Source of the DNA: Acidobacteriota bacterium
GTDB taxonomy: Bacteria; Acidobacteriota; UBA890; WLXD01
Direction of reading: 5' to 3'
Assembly (NCBI GenBank): GCA_963666055.2
Contig: CAXWPH010000015.1
Span: forward strand, 1,920,001 to 1,984,000
DNA length: 64,000 nt
Positions 52,384 through 64,000 of this stretch are shown here, one piece after another (position 1 is the stretch's first letter; each line of letters opens with the position of its first letter). The notes beneath the pieces were generated by a model that was not told where the DNA came from, did no database searches, and saw only the letters and a list, made by a program, of their open reading frames with translations. Position numbers and translations under genes: made by a program.

Positions 52384-54645
52384 CTAAGCCAGCAGTTGAA
52401 GCTTGGCGTATTTGGCGATCAACTGCTTGGTGCCGGCGCGCGCGAACGCCACGGTCAGCTTGAGCGCGTCGCCACTCCCCTGCGTATGGGTGATCCGTCC
52501 GGATCCGAACATCGGATGGAAGACGGCTGCGCCTTCGACGAGGCGGTCGCCCGACGCCGGCACGCCCGAGCCGCGGGCGTTCGGATCGACGGGTCGGGTT
52601 GAACGCCGTGACCCCGCGGAGGAGCGTGTTGTACGGCGCGTGTGATCCGGCGTCGATGCCCTGGCGCGCCGGCCCGACACCTCGACGACAGCCTGCGGCT
52701 CCGTGTCAGTCAGTAGCAGCCCGGAGTCGATCTCGGCGATGAACCGAGACGGCAGCTGGAACCGCTCGCGCCCGTGGACGCGGCGCAGGCGCGCCGAGCT
52801 GAGGAACAACTCGTTGCGCGCCCGCGTCATGGCGACATACGCCAGGCGTCGTTCCTCTTCGATCTGGCCTCCGTCGATTGCGGAACGCATCGGAAACAGG
52901 CCCTCTTCAAGACCCGCCACGAACACATGGGCAAACTCGAGCCCTTTGGCGGAGTGGACTGTCATCAACGCCACTCCAGCGCCGCCGCGCGACGAGTCAG
53001 CGTCGGAGATCAGCGCGGTTCGATCGAGAAATGACGCCAGAGTTTCCTTGGCCGCAGACACGTTGCCGGAGAACTCGACGGCCGAGGCGACCAACTCGTC
53101 GATGTTGGCGAGCCGCTCCTCGCCGTCAGGTCGGGCTCGAAGCAGCGCGCGGTATCCGCTACGCGCCATCACCTGCTCGATCAGCTCGCCGAGCGGTATC
53201 GTGTCGATCCGCCGGCGCAAGTCAGCGATTAGCTGACCGAAAACGACCAAACCTCCGACCGCTCGTCCGCGGCACGCCAGGTCACGGAGCTGCGCCTCCG
53301 GATCGGCCGCCCCTGTCGCTTCGAGCAACGCGCGGAGGGACGATTTGTCATGGCGGCGCAATGACTCGAGGCTGGCGGGTCCGACACCGCGTGTCGGGGT
53401 GGCCACTGCGCGCGCCAGAGCTGCGTCGTCGTCGGTCAACAAGAGGCGCAGATAAGCCAGCACATCCCTGACCTCGGCGCGCCGGAAGAACGTCTGCCCG
53501 CCGAGCACGCGGAACGGGATACTTCGCCCGGCGAGCTCCTCTTCGAAAGGACGAGATTGTGCGTTGGTGCGATACAGGACCGCCATATCGGCCGCTGGCA
53601 CGCCGGCGCCGATCGCCGCGGCGATGCGCTTCGCAACCCAGACCGCCTCGCTGCGCTCCGTGGCACATAGCATGTATGTCGGCTTGGAGTCGCCTGGATT
53701 GTCTGTCCACAAATGCTTCCCCAGGCGTTCGGTGTTGCGGGCGACCAGCGACCCCGCGGCGGCGAGGATAGGCGGTGTCGAACGGTAGTTCTGTTCGAGC
53801 CGTATGACCGTGGCGTTCGGAAAGTCGTCGCGGAACTCGAGCACGTTGGCGATGTCGGCCCCGCGCCACCTGTAGATCGATTGGTCTTCGTCGCCCACGA
53901 CCATGAGAGCGCTGGTGTCGTCGAGCAGGGTGCGGACGAGGCGATACTGCGTGCGGTTGGTGTCCTGATACTCGTCGACGAGCAGGTGCCGGAAGCGCGA
54001 CGCGTCGGGGGTGATGACACCGCTGCTAAGCAGCTGCAGCGGCAATGCTAGAAGGTCGTCGAAATCGACCGCGTTGTCGGTGCGCATCTCTTTGCGGTAG
54101 CGGTCGTAGACGCGGGCCGCGGCGCGCTTCTCTGGAGACTGGCCAGGGTCGTCCCAGGAGCTCGGATCCTCCAGTTGGTTGCGGGCGCGACTGCACATCT
54201 CGTACAGCATCGTCGGCCGCAGCTCGTTGGCGCCGATGTTCAACGCCGACTGGCACCGCCGCCAGACCGCCAATGCGTCGCCGCGATCGTAGACAGCGAA
54301 CCCGGGGCGGGGAGCGCCATCAGCCCCGGCAGCGTCGCGGAGGATACGCAAGCCCAAGGCGTGGAATGTCAGCACCCAAACGTCTGAAGCAGCTGTGCCG
54401 GCCAGCTGCTCGAGGCGCTCGCGCATCTCGCCGGCGGCCTTGTTGGCGAACGTCACGGCGCAGACCGTGGTCGCTGGGACGCGGAGCTCGGCGAGCAACC
54501 AGGCGATGCGATACATGATTACGCGGGTCTTGCCCGAGCCTGCGCCAGCCAACACGAGACACGGCCCCCCAGTGTGGGTGACGGCGCGGTACTGCTCGGC
54601 ATTGAGGTCGCCGGAAAGGTCGGCGCGCAGTTCGAGCTGGCTCAC
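52384..54645 (-). CDS. pcrA: UvrD/PcrA SF1 DNA helicase
   Basis: GAGSGKT, VDEYQD, VGDEDQSIY.WRGA, LEQNYRS, TVHSAKGLEF, EERRL.YVA.TRA, and a C-terminal Tudor-like HPMFG.G. Confidence 0.93.
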   Translation of the reverse strand: MSQLELRADLSGDLNAEQYRAVTHTGGPCLVLAGAGSGKTRVIMYRIAWLLAELRVPATTVCAVTFANKAAGEMRERLEQLAGTAASDVWVLTFHALGLRILRDAAGADGAPRPGFAVYDRGDALAVWRRCQSALNIGANELRPTMLYEMCSRARNQLEDPSSWDDPGQSPEKRAAARVYDRYRKEMRTDNAVDFDDLLALPLQLLSSGVITPDASRFRHLLVDEYQDTNRTQYRLVRTLLDDTSALMVVGDEDQSIYRWRGADIANVLEFRDDFPNATVIRLEQNYRSTPPILAAAGSLVARNTERLGKHLWTDNPGDSKPTYMLCATERSEAVWVAKRIAAAIGAGVPAADMAVLYRTNAQSRPFEEELAGRSIPFRVLGGQTFFRRAEVRDVLAYLRLLLTDDDAALARAVATPTRGVGPASLESLRRHDKSSLRALLEATGAADPEAQLRDLACRGRAVGGLVVFGQLIADLRRRIDTIPLGELIEQVMARSGYRALLRARPDGEERLANIDELVASAVEFSGNVSAAKETLASFLDRTALISDADSSRGGAGVALMTVHSAKGLEFAHVFVAGLEEGLFPMRSAIDGGQIEEERRLAYVAMTRARNELFLSSARLRRVHGRERFQLPSRFIAEIDSGLLLTDTEPQAVVEVSGRRARASTPDHTRRTTRSSAGSRRSTRPVDPNARGSGVPASGDRLVEGAAVFHPMFGSGRITHTQGSGDALKLTVAFARAGTKQLIAKYAKLQLLA

Positions 54646-54690
54646 AGTGGGTGGTCCCGTGGCGTCGCGGCTCGGCGGCCCGACGGGCCG

Positions 54691-56523
<1,833 letters not shown>

Positions 56524-56610
56524 GGCTCAGCTCCTCCGGAACGCCAGTCGGCGCCGTTAACTACGAAGGATCAATTACAGCAACGCCGGTGGCCCACGCA
56601 ACCCGAATCG

Positions 56611-58011
56611 TCAGTCCTGCTCGTCGCGCCGGACGGCCTTGGCGCGCTTCGCCCACCCTTCGTGCACTACCTGCCTGCCGCGCGCAATCCCGAGAGAATG
56701 ATCCGGCACGTCGTTGGTGATCGTCGAGCCGGCCCCCACGTAGGCTCCGCGCCCGATCCGTACCGGCGCGACGATGGCGGTGTTGCTGCCGATGAACGCG
56801 CCGTCGCCGATCAGCGTCCGGTGCTTGTTCACACCATCATAATTGCAGGTGATGGTTCCCGCCCCCACGTTCACGTCAGCGCCGATCTCCGCGTCGCCTA
56901 GATAGGTGAGATGACCGGCCTTGCTGCGTGGGCCCAGAGTCGTCTTCTTCACCTCTACGAAATTACCCACCTTGGCTCGCTCACAGATGTGCGCGCCGGG
57001 GCGCAGGCGGGCATAGGGCCCGACGCTGGCGCCATTCTCCACCACCGCGTTCTCCAGCACGCTGCCGTCGTACAAGACGACGTCGTCGCCGATCACGCTC
57101 TCGCTAACGCGGACATTGGGATAGATCCGGCACCGGCGTCCCACCGCAGTGCCCGCTTCTAGCGTGACACCCGGATAGATCACCGTATCGCTGCCGACGC
57201 GCACGTCGGCGTCGGCGGACACGGCATCAGGGTTGAGCAGCGTCACGCCAGCCTCCATGAGCTCGTCGAGCTTGCGGCGCCGTACCGTTGCTTCGGCACG
57301 CGACAGGTCGCGGCGTGTATTCACCCCGTGAACCTCGTCGGGGTCGTCGTGGTGGAACACGGCCACGCTGCCGCCCTGCCTCGATAACGCCTGCAGCGTG
57401 TCGGTTAGGTAAAATTCACCCTGGGCGTTGTCTGGCCGCAACCCCGCCAGCGCGTCGCGCAGAGCGGCAGCGGCGAACAAGTAGATGCCCGCGTTGATCT
57501 CGCGAATGGCGCGTTCCTCGTCGGTGGCATCAGACTCCTCGACGATTCGTTGCAGGGCGCCGGTCGGCGACCGAATGATACGGCCGTAGCCGGTCGGATC
57601 GTCCAACGAAACAGTCAGGAACATCCCGGCAGCGGTGTCGTGCGACTCGATCATGGCGCGCAACGTTGGCGCGCGGATCCCCGGACAGTCGCCATTGATC
57701 ACCAGCACCAGCCCTTCGTGGTCGCCATCCGGGAACGTTGCTGCAAGACCGCACGCCGCCGCGTCCCCGGTACCGCGGGCGGGGTCCTGCACGGCGAAGC
57801 GCAGCGCAGCATCGTCAAGCGCAGCGCGGATTCGGTCGTGCTCGGCCGGTACGACCAAGGTGATGCTGGCAGCGCTCAGGTCGCGTGCCGCACGGACGAC
57901 GTGCTCAATGATCGGCTGGCCGGCGACTCGATGAAGTAGCTTTGGCGTGTCGCTGCGCATGCGTGCACCCTCGCCAGCGGCGAGGATGACGACGTGTACC
58001 GGCGGTATCAT
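56611..58011 (-). CDS. glmU: Bifunctional UDP-GlcNAc pyrophosphorylase / acetyltransferase
   Basis: LAAG.G.RM.S..PK, GYGRI, NAQGE.YLTD, GNFVEVK and TCNYDG motifs. Confidence 0.97.
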   Translation of the reverse strand: MIPPVHVVILAAGEGARMRSDTPKLLHRVAGQPIIEHVVRAARDLSAASITLVVPAEHDRIRAALDDAALRFAVQDPARGTGDAAACGLAATFPDGDHEGLVLVINGDCPGIRAPTLRAMIESHDTAAGMFLTVSLDDPTGYGRIIRSPTGALQRIVEESDATDEERAIREINAGIYLFAAAALRDALAGLRPDNAQGEFYLTDTLQALSRQGGSVAVFHHDDPDEVHGVNTRRDLSRAEATVRRRKLDELMEAGVTLLNPDAVSADADVRVGSDTVIYPGVTLEAGTAVGRRCRIYPNVRVSESVIGDDVVLYDGSVLENAVVENGASVGPYARLRPGAHICERAKVGNFVEVKKTTLGPRSKAGHLTYLGDAEIGADVNVGAGTITCNYDGVNKHRTLIGDGAFIGSNTAIVAPVRIGRGAYVGAGSTITNDVPDHSLGIARGRQVVHEGWAKRAKAVRRDEQD

Positions 58012-58031
58012 CTACTTTCCGCATTGGGCAC

Positions 58032-58892
58032 CTACTGCGCCCCGTCTCCGCTAACGACGCCACGGAAATCCTCGTGCACGCGCAGGGGCACGAAATCTGG
58101 ATCGTTCTGTGCGTAGATGCGGTTGGAGTCGTTGATGTCGACGGCGGCGCGTAGAGCGCTGATCGCCGCGTCCGCGTCGCCCTTCTGCGCCAGAGCTGCA
58201 GCCTGGCAGTAGAGAATCCGATCGTCACCCGGCGCCTGGTCGAGCGCTAAGGCAAAGGCCTCCAGAGCGCTGGAGGGATTGCCGGCGTTCAATGAGACGA
58301 CCCCGAGCAGGTAGTGGTCGTCGGCGTTCTGCGGGCTGAAGTCACTGCTACGCGCGCGGCGCTCGAGGCCGGCGAGATATTGTCGGGCGCGTGCCGTGAG
58401 CACAGCATCGGATGGGCTCGCTGCGACCACCGCGTGGAACGATTTCATCGCCTTCCCGAATGCCCCATCGTGAAAGCGCTTCACGCCAACCTCGAACATC
58501 TTGAGAGCTTTGACTACATCCGCCTGCTGGCGCATTTCAGCGCGGCGGTTTTTCTCCTCCTCGGCGGCATCGCGCTCGCTGTCCAGGCGAGCCTCGCGTT
58601 CCCCCGGTGTCTCTGTAGGCTGGGCGGGCCTGCGTGGGAGGAGACCGGCGCTCTTGATCGGCGTAGGCCCGCTCTCCACCGGTGCGGCGTTTTCCTCGAT
58701 GGTCTGCGGTGGCAGCACCGCTGGCATCGGGTCGGGCTCTTTGTAGTCTTGCTTCTTCAGCCCCATACGGCGGATCTTCGACTCCATCGCTTTCTGGCTG
58801 ACGCCGAAGTGATCGGCGAGCTCCGCGTACGTCTTGTGGCGAAAGTGCTCGCGAATGAAGTCTTCGTTCTCTTCGGTCCAAGTCTTTGCCAT
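58032..58892 (-). CDS. N-terminal HTH (GcrA/Myb-like) plus TPR-domain protein
   Basis: WTEENEDFIREHF..KTYAELADHFGVSQKAMESKIRRMGL, a Pro-rich linker, TPR helices, and a terminal A.NDPDF..LR....F. Confidence 0.75.
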   Translation of the reverse strand: MAKTWTEENEDFIREHFRHKTYAELADHFGVSQKAMESKIRRMGLKKQDYKEPDPMPAVLPPQTIEENAAPVESGPTPIKSAGLLPRRPAQPTETPGEREARLDSERDAAEEEKNRRAEMRQQADVVKALKMFEVGVKRFHDGAFGKAMKSFHAVVAASPSDAVLTARARQYLAGLERRARSSDFSPQNADDHYLLGVVSLNAGNPSSALEAFALALDQAPGDDRILYCQAAALAQKGDADAAISALRAAVDINDSNRIYAQNDPDFVPLRVHEDFRGVVSGDGAQ

Positions 58893-59085
58893 GCTAGTGA
58901 TCGGCCTTTCGCAGAAGAGAACAATTGTCAGTATGGGGCACCGAGATTATATAGGGCCAGGCCTGCGGCGTACGCTGCATGTTGACATCCTGGAAAGGCG
59001 TCGATAATGTCCGAGAGCCTTTTGCGGCAAGGGATATTCGTCCCCTTGCTGACGAGCGATTCAGCGCCATAGGGGGTGGCACGGC

Positions 59086-59718
59086 ATGCTCGACCGGCTG
59101 ATCTGGCTTGGGCATTCGGGCTTCGTCGTTAGAGGTCCTCCCTGCATCTATATCGATCCGTTCCGGATCGTCGGCGGGCCGCGCGCGGACCTCGTGTTGC
59201 TAACACACCCCCACTACGATCATTGCTCGCCGACCGATCTCGCGAAGATCGTCGGCGAGACTACCGAGATCATATGTCCGCGTGACTGCTTGACGGCGCT
59301 CAGCGAGCTCCCGGGCTTGCGTCGGATCGTGCAGCCGGGCGACAAGGTGAACCTACACGGCGTCGGGATCGAGTCAGTTCCCGCATACACGCGTAAGAGT
59401 CGCATGCACGAGCGTGCCAACGCTTGGGTGGGGTATATCTTGGACATCGACGGTGTGCGCATGTATCACGCTGGAGATACTGATTACATCCCCGAGATGC
59501 GTCACATGCGAGTCGACATCGCGTGCCTCCCGATCTCCGGCGGCGAGACGATGAATCTCGTGGAAGCGGCGGCGGCCGCCAACAGCATCGCGCCGCGGGT
59601 GGTCGTTCCGATGCACTTCGGGACCCTCGGCTCCGACATCGATCCGGACCTGTTCAGCAACCTGACGCGCGTCACCGTGCGCGCACTGCGACGCGATCCC
59701 GCCTTTAGCGGCGAGTAG
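59086..59718 (+). CDS. MBL-fold metallo-hydrolase (UlaG-like)
   Basis: WLGHS, IDPF, THPHYDH, YHAGDT and VPMHF motifs. Confidence 0.9.
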   Translation: MLDRLIWLGHSGFVVRGPPCIYIDPFRIVGGPRADLVLLTHPHYDHCSPTDLAKIVGETTEIICPRDCLTALSELPGLRRIVQPGDKVNLHGVGIESVPAYTRKSRMHERANAWVGYILDIDGVRMYHAGDTDYIPEMRHMRVDIACLPISGGETMNLVEAAAAANSIAPRVVVPMHFGTLGSDIDPDLFSNLTRVTVRALRRDPAFSGE

Positions 59719-59728
59719 GCAGCGAACC

Positions 59729-61492
59729 ATGCGTTCGCGGATCGCGACCGCGGCCCTGCTGGCAGGTGGCGTTTCTCTGGCGCTATGGCTCGCCTGGTTG
59801 GCTGCCGCAGGCCTGATCGGATACCGACCGCCGCGGTTCGAGCCAGCGGTGGCGAGCGCAGTCGGCTATGCGTGGCGCGGTGCGGTTCATGTGCACACCG
59901 CACTATCGGCTGATGCGACCGGAAGCGTCGAGGAGATTGCAGCCGCGGCGGCCCGCCTCGGCCTCGACTTCATGCTGCTGTCCGAACACACCGGCGCGCT
60001 GGGCACGGCGGGGCGAGCGAGTCCAGGGTGGTACGGCTCAGTCTTGGTGCTTGTCGGCGAGGAGATCTCCACCTTTGACGGTCATCTTCTGGCTCTCGGG
60101 GTGCCACCGCACGCCTATGCGTTGGGACCGCAGGCGCACCAGGCGGTCGACGACGTTCGTGCCCTTGGCGGTGCCTCCTGGGTGGCCCACGCGGGCGGTG
60201 ACGCTGCCTGGACGGCGGGTCTTGGGGGCATCGTCGGGGTCGAAGTGGTGAGCTTGTCGGGGGCGCTTGATCGGTTGTCACCGGGCCAACGCTTGCAGGC
60301 CGCACTAGCGTACCCGGTGAGTCCGACCGCAGCTGTGTTGCGAGCCCTTGGCGGTCGCCCGCCGGCACTCGATCTGTGGAACGAGCGGACATCCCTATCG
60401 ACCGCATTGCTGCCGCGACCGCTCGTTGCAATCGGAGCTGTCGATGCTCACGGTCCGGTCCGCGGGTTCGGCGTTCCGAGTTACGACGTTGTGTTAGGCA
60501 GTTTGACCACCGTCGTGTGGATGGATGAGCCACCGCTCCCGGGTGAGGCTGACCGGGCCGTCGCCGGTCGCTTGCTGCGCCGGCTGCGGAACGGTCGGGC
60601 GGCCGTCGAGCTTTCGGCCGCGGGGCGCGCCCCCGGCCTGTCTTTCGTCGCCTCCGGATCCGACGGCCGCGTTGCCCTTCCAGGTCAAATGAAGAGATGG
60701 AGCGACGTCGGCTGGAGGCTTGAAGCGCGCCTTGGCGCGCCCGGCGACTATCGTGTTGAGCTGCTGCGCGACGGCGTGCACGTTGGCAGCGCCGACGGTG
60801 CGGGGCTAGAAGTCGAGGCTCCCGGACCGGGGACGTATCGCATCGAGGTGTATCGCACCAGCGGCCCAGTTGGCGGCGGCCGGCAGGGAGCCACGCCGTG
60901 GATCATCAGCAACCCGATCTACCTCTGGCCGGCCGCGGCCATCGCCGCCGCCAAGGTGCGGCCGACGCCGGCGCTACCGGCACCACCGACCGCTCAACAA
61001 CTGCTGCCGGAACCTGGTTGGGCGGCAGAGAGCGACGCGCTCTCGGTCAGTGCCTTGGCGCCAATGGCTGACGGGCTCTTGTGGAACGTCCGTATGCCCA
61101 ACGAGGCGGCCGCAGACATCTTTTCTGCGGTAGCCTGGCGCCCGGAAACTGCGCAGGATTGGCGCCACACACTGGGGCTGACTGCAGGATTGTCGTCGGA
61201 GCGCGAGTGGCGTGTCGGCCTCCGCGTCTGGACCGCCGCGGCCGACGGAGAGCAGACCTGGGAACTGGTCGTGGCAAGTCGTCCCGGTGCAACGCCATTT
61301 TTGTCGCCCTGGCAACATTTTCGACAGATCGGGGCAGACGGCCAGATGGTGCGCGGTGAGCGACTCGATGAAGAGCTCGTGCGGGTTACCGGCATTGCGT
61401 TCGTCGTAACGCCACGACGCATGCGCCCCGGCAGCGAGGCGCAAATCGAGATCCGTCGCGTAGGCCTGTTCGGTGGCGAGGCGCCTCGTTGA
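59729..61492 (+). CDS. Membrane-anchored PHP-family metallohydrolase with C-terminal beta-sandwich (CBM-like) domain
   Basis: N-terminal TM, GAVHVHT..S.D, SEH, GEEIST..GH, AH, DAHG, YRIEV...PWIISNPI, and a Trp-rich C-domain. Confidence 0.75.
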   Translation: MRSRIATAALLAGGVSLALWLAWLAAAGLIGYRPPRFEPAVASAVGYAWRGAVHVHTALSADATGSVEEIAAAAARLGLDFMLLSEHTGALGTAGRASPGWYGSVLVLVGEEISTFDGHLLALGVPPHAYALGPQAHQAVDDVRALGGASWVAHAGGDAAWTAGLGGIVGVEVVSLSGALDRLSPGQRLQAALAYPVSPTAAVLRALGGRPPALDLWNERTSLSTALLPRPLVAIGAVDAHGPVRGFGVPSYDVVLGSLTTVVWMDEPPLPGEADRAVAGRLLRRLRNGRAAVELSAAGRAPGLSFVASGSDGRVALPGQMKRWSDVGWRLEARLGAPGDYRVELLRDGVHVGSADGAGLEVEAPGPGTYRIEVYRTSGPVGGGRQGATPWIISNPIYLWPAAAIAAAKVRPTPALPAPPTAQQLLPEPGWAAESDALSVSALAPMADGLLWNVRMPNEAAADIFSAVAWRPETAQDWRHTLGLTAGLSSEREWRVGLRVWTAAADGEQTWELVVASRPGATPFLSPWQHFRQIGADGQMVRGERLDEELVRVTGIAFVVTPRRMRPGSEAQIEIRRVGLFGGEAPR

Positions 61493-61537
61493 CGACGAAC
61501 GCCACAGCGTCCGCGCGCCACCCCAACTTGCTGCAAC

Positions 61538-61572
61538 CAGGCCCGCCACACACTTCCACCACGGCCTGCTAG
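61538..61572. repeat. CTAG-ended mini repeat, copy 3
   Basis: CAGGCCCGCCACACACTTCCACCACGGCCTGCTAG between convergent genes. Confidence 0.75.
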
Positions 61573-61579
61573 CCTCGGC

Positions 61580-62668
61580 TTACCGTCGTACCGGAATCGT
61601 CTCCCACAAGCGCGCGAACGAATCGATCTGCAGCAGCAGTTGCACCGATTCCCGTATCCGCCCGCCGAACATGTTGCTCATCACCGCGGTCTTCAACCAC
61701 GGGTCACGCAATAACGCTTCACGGCCGGCGGCAGCCGCTTGCTCGGTTTCACCGCGCGCCATCCTGACCGAGGCCAGCAGCAACCAGGCATATCCATCAT
61801 CCGGGTAGAGGGTCGTGGCTCTGCCGGCGTGTTCGAGCGCCGCAGCGAGCTCGCCGGCGGCAAGGCGTTCGGCAGCACGTTCGCTGGCCAGCTGTCCTTG
61901 CCGTATGTCGAGCAGGCGGCGCAGTTCGGCGATCGGCGCAGGGTGATCCTCGACCCGTAGGTCTATGTATCGATCGTTGAACCGACCGTACCCACCCGCC
62001 TCGCGGACCACCAACAACGCAGCCGACTGGCGCCCGCGAGCGTCTCCACCTGCCGCTTGCCCGGCAGCCAGGGCGGCAGCCAGGCGCGTCGACAGGTCGC
62101 CGCCGGTGGCCTCAAAGGTGGCCGCCATCGCGTCAACAACTTCGGGCCCCGCGAGGATGTTGCCCTGGATCGCATAGTGCTCGCCCACCTGACCGCCGGC
62201 CCACGCCAAACAGGCATCGCCGGTAAACGTGGCCGCATTCCCCGCAGCGTCAACCACGCCTAGCTGGCGGCTCGCACGGCCCTCATCCTCGCCGGTGAGC
62301 GCAGCGACTATTTCCTCTGCCGACCCAGCTTCCGCAAGCAGCTTCAAGCCCCTCGGGCCGTAGGTGGTATTGGCGCGCGCTTGGGTCGCTACCGCGCCTA
62401 TCCCGGCTCGCGCCCACGGCACGACGGCGCCGACGCCAAAGAACTTGGACTGCACCGCCACGCCGAGATCACCGGTGTCGGGGTCGAAGCCGACGATCGA
62501 AAAAGTCGCTACAGGGACCCCGTACACTTGCTTGCCACCGGGCCGGGCCATTTGTGAGACCGGGAGACCGGCCACGGTCGTCAGGGCCAGGCTCATCGCG
62601 AGCGCGGCGAGGGCCAAACTGTTGGATCGCCGTCGTCGGGGCCTAGACCGCTCGCTCGTTTCGAACAT
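61580..62668 (-). CDS. DUF1028 (Ntn-hydrolase-like) protein with C-terminal TPR
   Basis: Signal-like N-terminus, TFSIV..D...G.LGVAVQS, GAVATQ, QGNIL, GGD.RG.QSAA and DLRVEDH motifs. Confidence 0.88.
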   Translation of the reverse strand: MFETSERSRPRRRRSNSLALAALAMSLALTTVAGLPVSQMARPGGKQVYGVPVATFSIVGFDPDTGDLGVAVQSKFFGVGAVVPWARAGIGAVATQARANTTYGPRGLKLLAEAGSAEEIVAALTGEDEGRASRQLGVVDAAGNAATFTGDACLAWAGGQVGEHYAIQGNILAGPEVVDAMAATFEATGGDLSTRLAAALAAGQAAGGDARGRQSAALLVVREAGGYGRFNDRYIDLRVEDHPAPIAELRRLLDIRQGQLASERAAERLAAGELAAALEHAGRATTLYPDDGYAWLLLASVRMARGETEQAAAAGREALLRDPWLKTAVMSNMFGGRIRESVQLLLQIDSFARLWETIPVRR

Positions 62669-62745
62669 CTCGCTCCCTCACGGTATGAAACAATGCCGTG
62701 CTGGTGAGTATAGAGCGCCCGACACATACAGCCCGCTGGCAGGGA

Positions 62746-63360
62746 ATGCTCGTGGCCCTGGAGGGGATCGACGGCTGCGGCAAGTCGACGCAGGCCAGAT
62801 TGCTGGCGGCAGCGCTCATCGAGCGCGGCCTGGCGGCAACGACGTTCCGTGAGCCGGGAGATACCGAGTACGGGCGTGAGCTACGCCGGATCTTCGTGGA
62901 GGGGCGCAATGTGTCGCCGCGCGAGGAGATGCGCCTTTTTCTCGAGGATCGCCGCATCGACGTGCACAGCAACATCCTACCTGCCCTGGCCGCGGGCAAG
63001 GTGGTGATCATGGACCGCTACTATCTCTCCTCGGTGGTCTACCAGGGCGCGCTAGGTGTCGACCCCGGAGAGATCCTCGCGGCCAACGAGGCAATCGCCC
63101 CACGGCCAGCGCTCACATTGCTACTGGACATACCCGTCGACGTGGCGCGCCTGCGGATTCGCGCCGCGCGCGGCTCCACCAACACCTTCGAAGAGCGCGA
63201 CTACTTGAACGATGTCCGCGCGCGGTACCTGAGCTACTGCGATGGCGATGGCATCGTCCGCGTCGATGCCACCGCGTTGCCCGAGGCGGTTCACCGAGAG
63301 CTCTTACGGCTCGTCTTGGGGAGGGCCCGGACCCTGGGGGCGTCGGCGGGGAGCGAGTGA
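62746..63360 (+). CDS. tmk: Thymidylate kinase
   Basis: EGIDGCGKSTQ, REPG and DRY..SS..YQG motifs. Confidence 0.95.
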   Translation: MLVALEGIDGCGKSTQARLLAAALIERGLAATTFREPGDTEYGRELRRIFVEGRNVSPREEMRLFLEDRRIDVHSNILPALAAGKVVIMDRYYLSSVVYQGALGVDPGEILAANEAIAPRPALTLLLDIPVDVARLRIRAARGSTNTFEERDYLNDVRARYLSYCDGDGIVRVDATALPEAVHRELLRLVLGRARTLGASAGSE

Positions 63361-63388
63361 GCTCACCGGATCCGCAACGTGCCGACGG

Positions 63389-64000
63389 TTAAACGTTGAA
63401 ACGGAAGTTCACCACGTCGCCGTCTTGGACCACGTAGTCGCGGCCTTCGACGCGTAGCTTGCCCGCCTCGCGACACTTGGCCTCGCTGCCCAGTTCGAGG
63501 AGCTCGTCCCATCGCGCCACCTCGGCGCGGATAAAGCCGCGCTCGATGTCGGAGTGGATCTTGCCGGCGGCTCGGGGCGCGGCGCTGCCGGCGCGCACGG
63601 CCCAGGCCCTGCATTCGTCCGGGCCGACGGTCAGCATGGTGATGAGGTCAAGCAGCTCGAACGCGGCGCGGACAAACCGCGCCCGCGCCGATTCTCCGAG
63701 GCCGAGCGCCTCGTAGAACTCCTGGCGCTCATCGGCGGGCATTTGGGCGATGTCCATCTCGACGCGGGCCGAAAGCGGCACGATGCCCGTGCCGATGAGG
63801 CGCGCGTTCTCGGCGAGCGCTGCCGGAACGGAGTCTGCCACCGAGTCCTCCTCCATATTGAGCACCAGTAACAGCGGCTTGAGTGTCAGGAACTGGTAGC
63901 CGGAGACGAGCCTCTTCTCGGTGGCGTCGAGGCGGAGCGTCCGTAGCGGCTGTTCGGCCTCGAGATGGACCTCGATACGCTCGAGCAGCTTGAGCTCTTG
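63389..64000 (-). CDS. ychF: YchF/OLA1 ATPase, C-terminal part
   Basis: [23 protein letters not shown] and [17 protein letters not shown] motifs. The frame is open to the window edge. Confidence 0.95.
   Translation of the reverse strand, partial: QELKLLERIEVHLEAEQPLRTLRLDATEKRLVSGYQFLTLKPLLLVLNMEEDSVADSVPAALAENARLIGTGIVPLSARVEMDIAQMPADERQEFYEALGLGESARARFVRAAFELLDLITMLTVGPDECRAWAVRAGSAAPRAAGKIHSDIERGFIRAEVARWDELLELGSEAKCREAGKLRVEGRDYVVQDGDVVNFRFNV

Noticed and set aside
56524-56610. glmS ribozyme upstream of glmS
   Set aside because: The gap is only 87 nt and lacks the conserved core; glmS appears to be co-transcribed with glmU.
58982-59008. TTGACA-N15-GATAAT promoter for the MBL gene
   Set aside because: The 15-bp spacer is short; possible, but not supportable without TSS data.

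Overview
GC-rich bacterial chromosome segment spanning the replication origin. Gene order and protein style suggest Acidobacteriota, possibly a marine lineage; this is an inference, not a database result. From left to right: (1) a surface-glycan cluster split into two parts, with GT-B glycosyltransferases, a WbdD-like coiled-coil methyltransferase and ugd at 0-7 kb, and wzm/wzt plus an HldE-type adenylyltransferase at 18.6-21.3 kb. (2) Between those parts lie uvrA, rsmI, a Tat-exported D-amino-acid-oxidase-like gene, a PCYCGC/heme-c lipoprotein, a SurA-like foldase and mfd. (3) atpF'FHAGDC. (4) An MrpA-less 10-gene Mrp antiporter operon. (5) bactofilin-parB-parA with two parS sites, then rsmG-jag-yidC-yidD-rnpA-rpmH. 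(6) dnaA-oriC-dnaN-gyrB-gyrA. (7) pcrA, glmS, glmU, an HTH-TPR gene, MBL and PHP hydrolases, DUF1028, tmk and a partial ychF. Most genes are housekeeping. The best leads are a circularly permuted, Tat-exported DAAO next to a PCYCGC-cytochrome c lipoprotein, with a stop-interrupted coding stretch between them; a synonymously diverged second copy of the MrpD C-terminal tail; a probable ATC start codon in the mrp operon; a GcrA-like HTH-TPR gene; a dispersed CTAG-ended mini-repeat; recurring AT-rich GTAA-N19/20-TTA sites; and DnaA-trio runs on both strands at oriC. I saw no tRNA, rRNA, CRISPR array, transposase or integrase.
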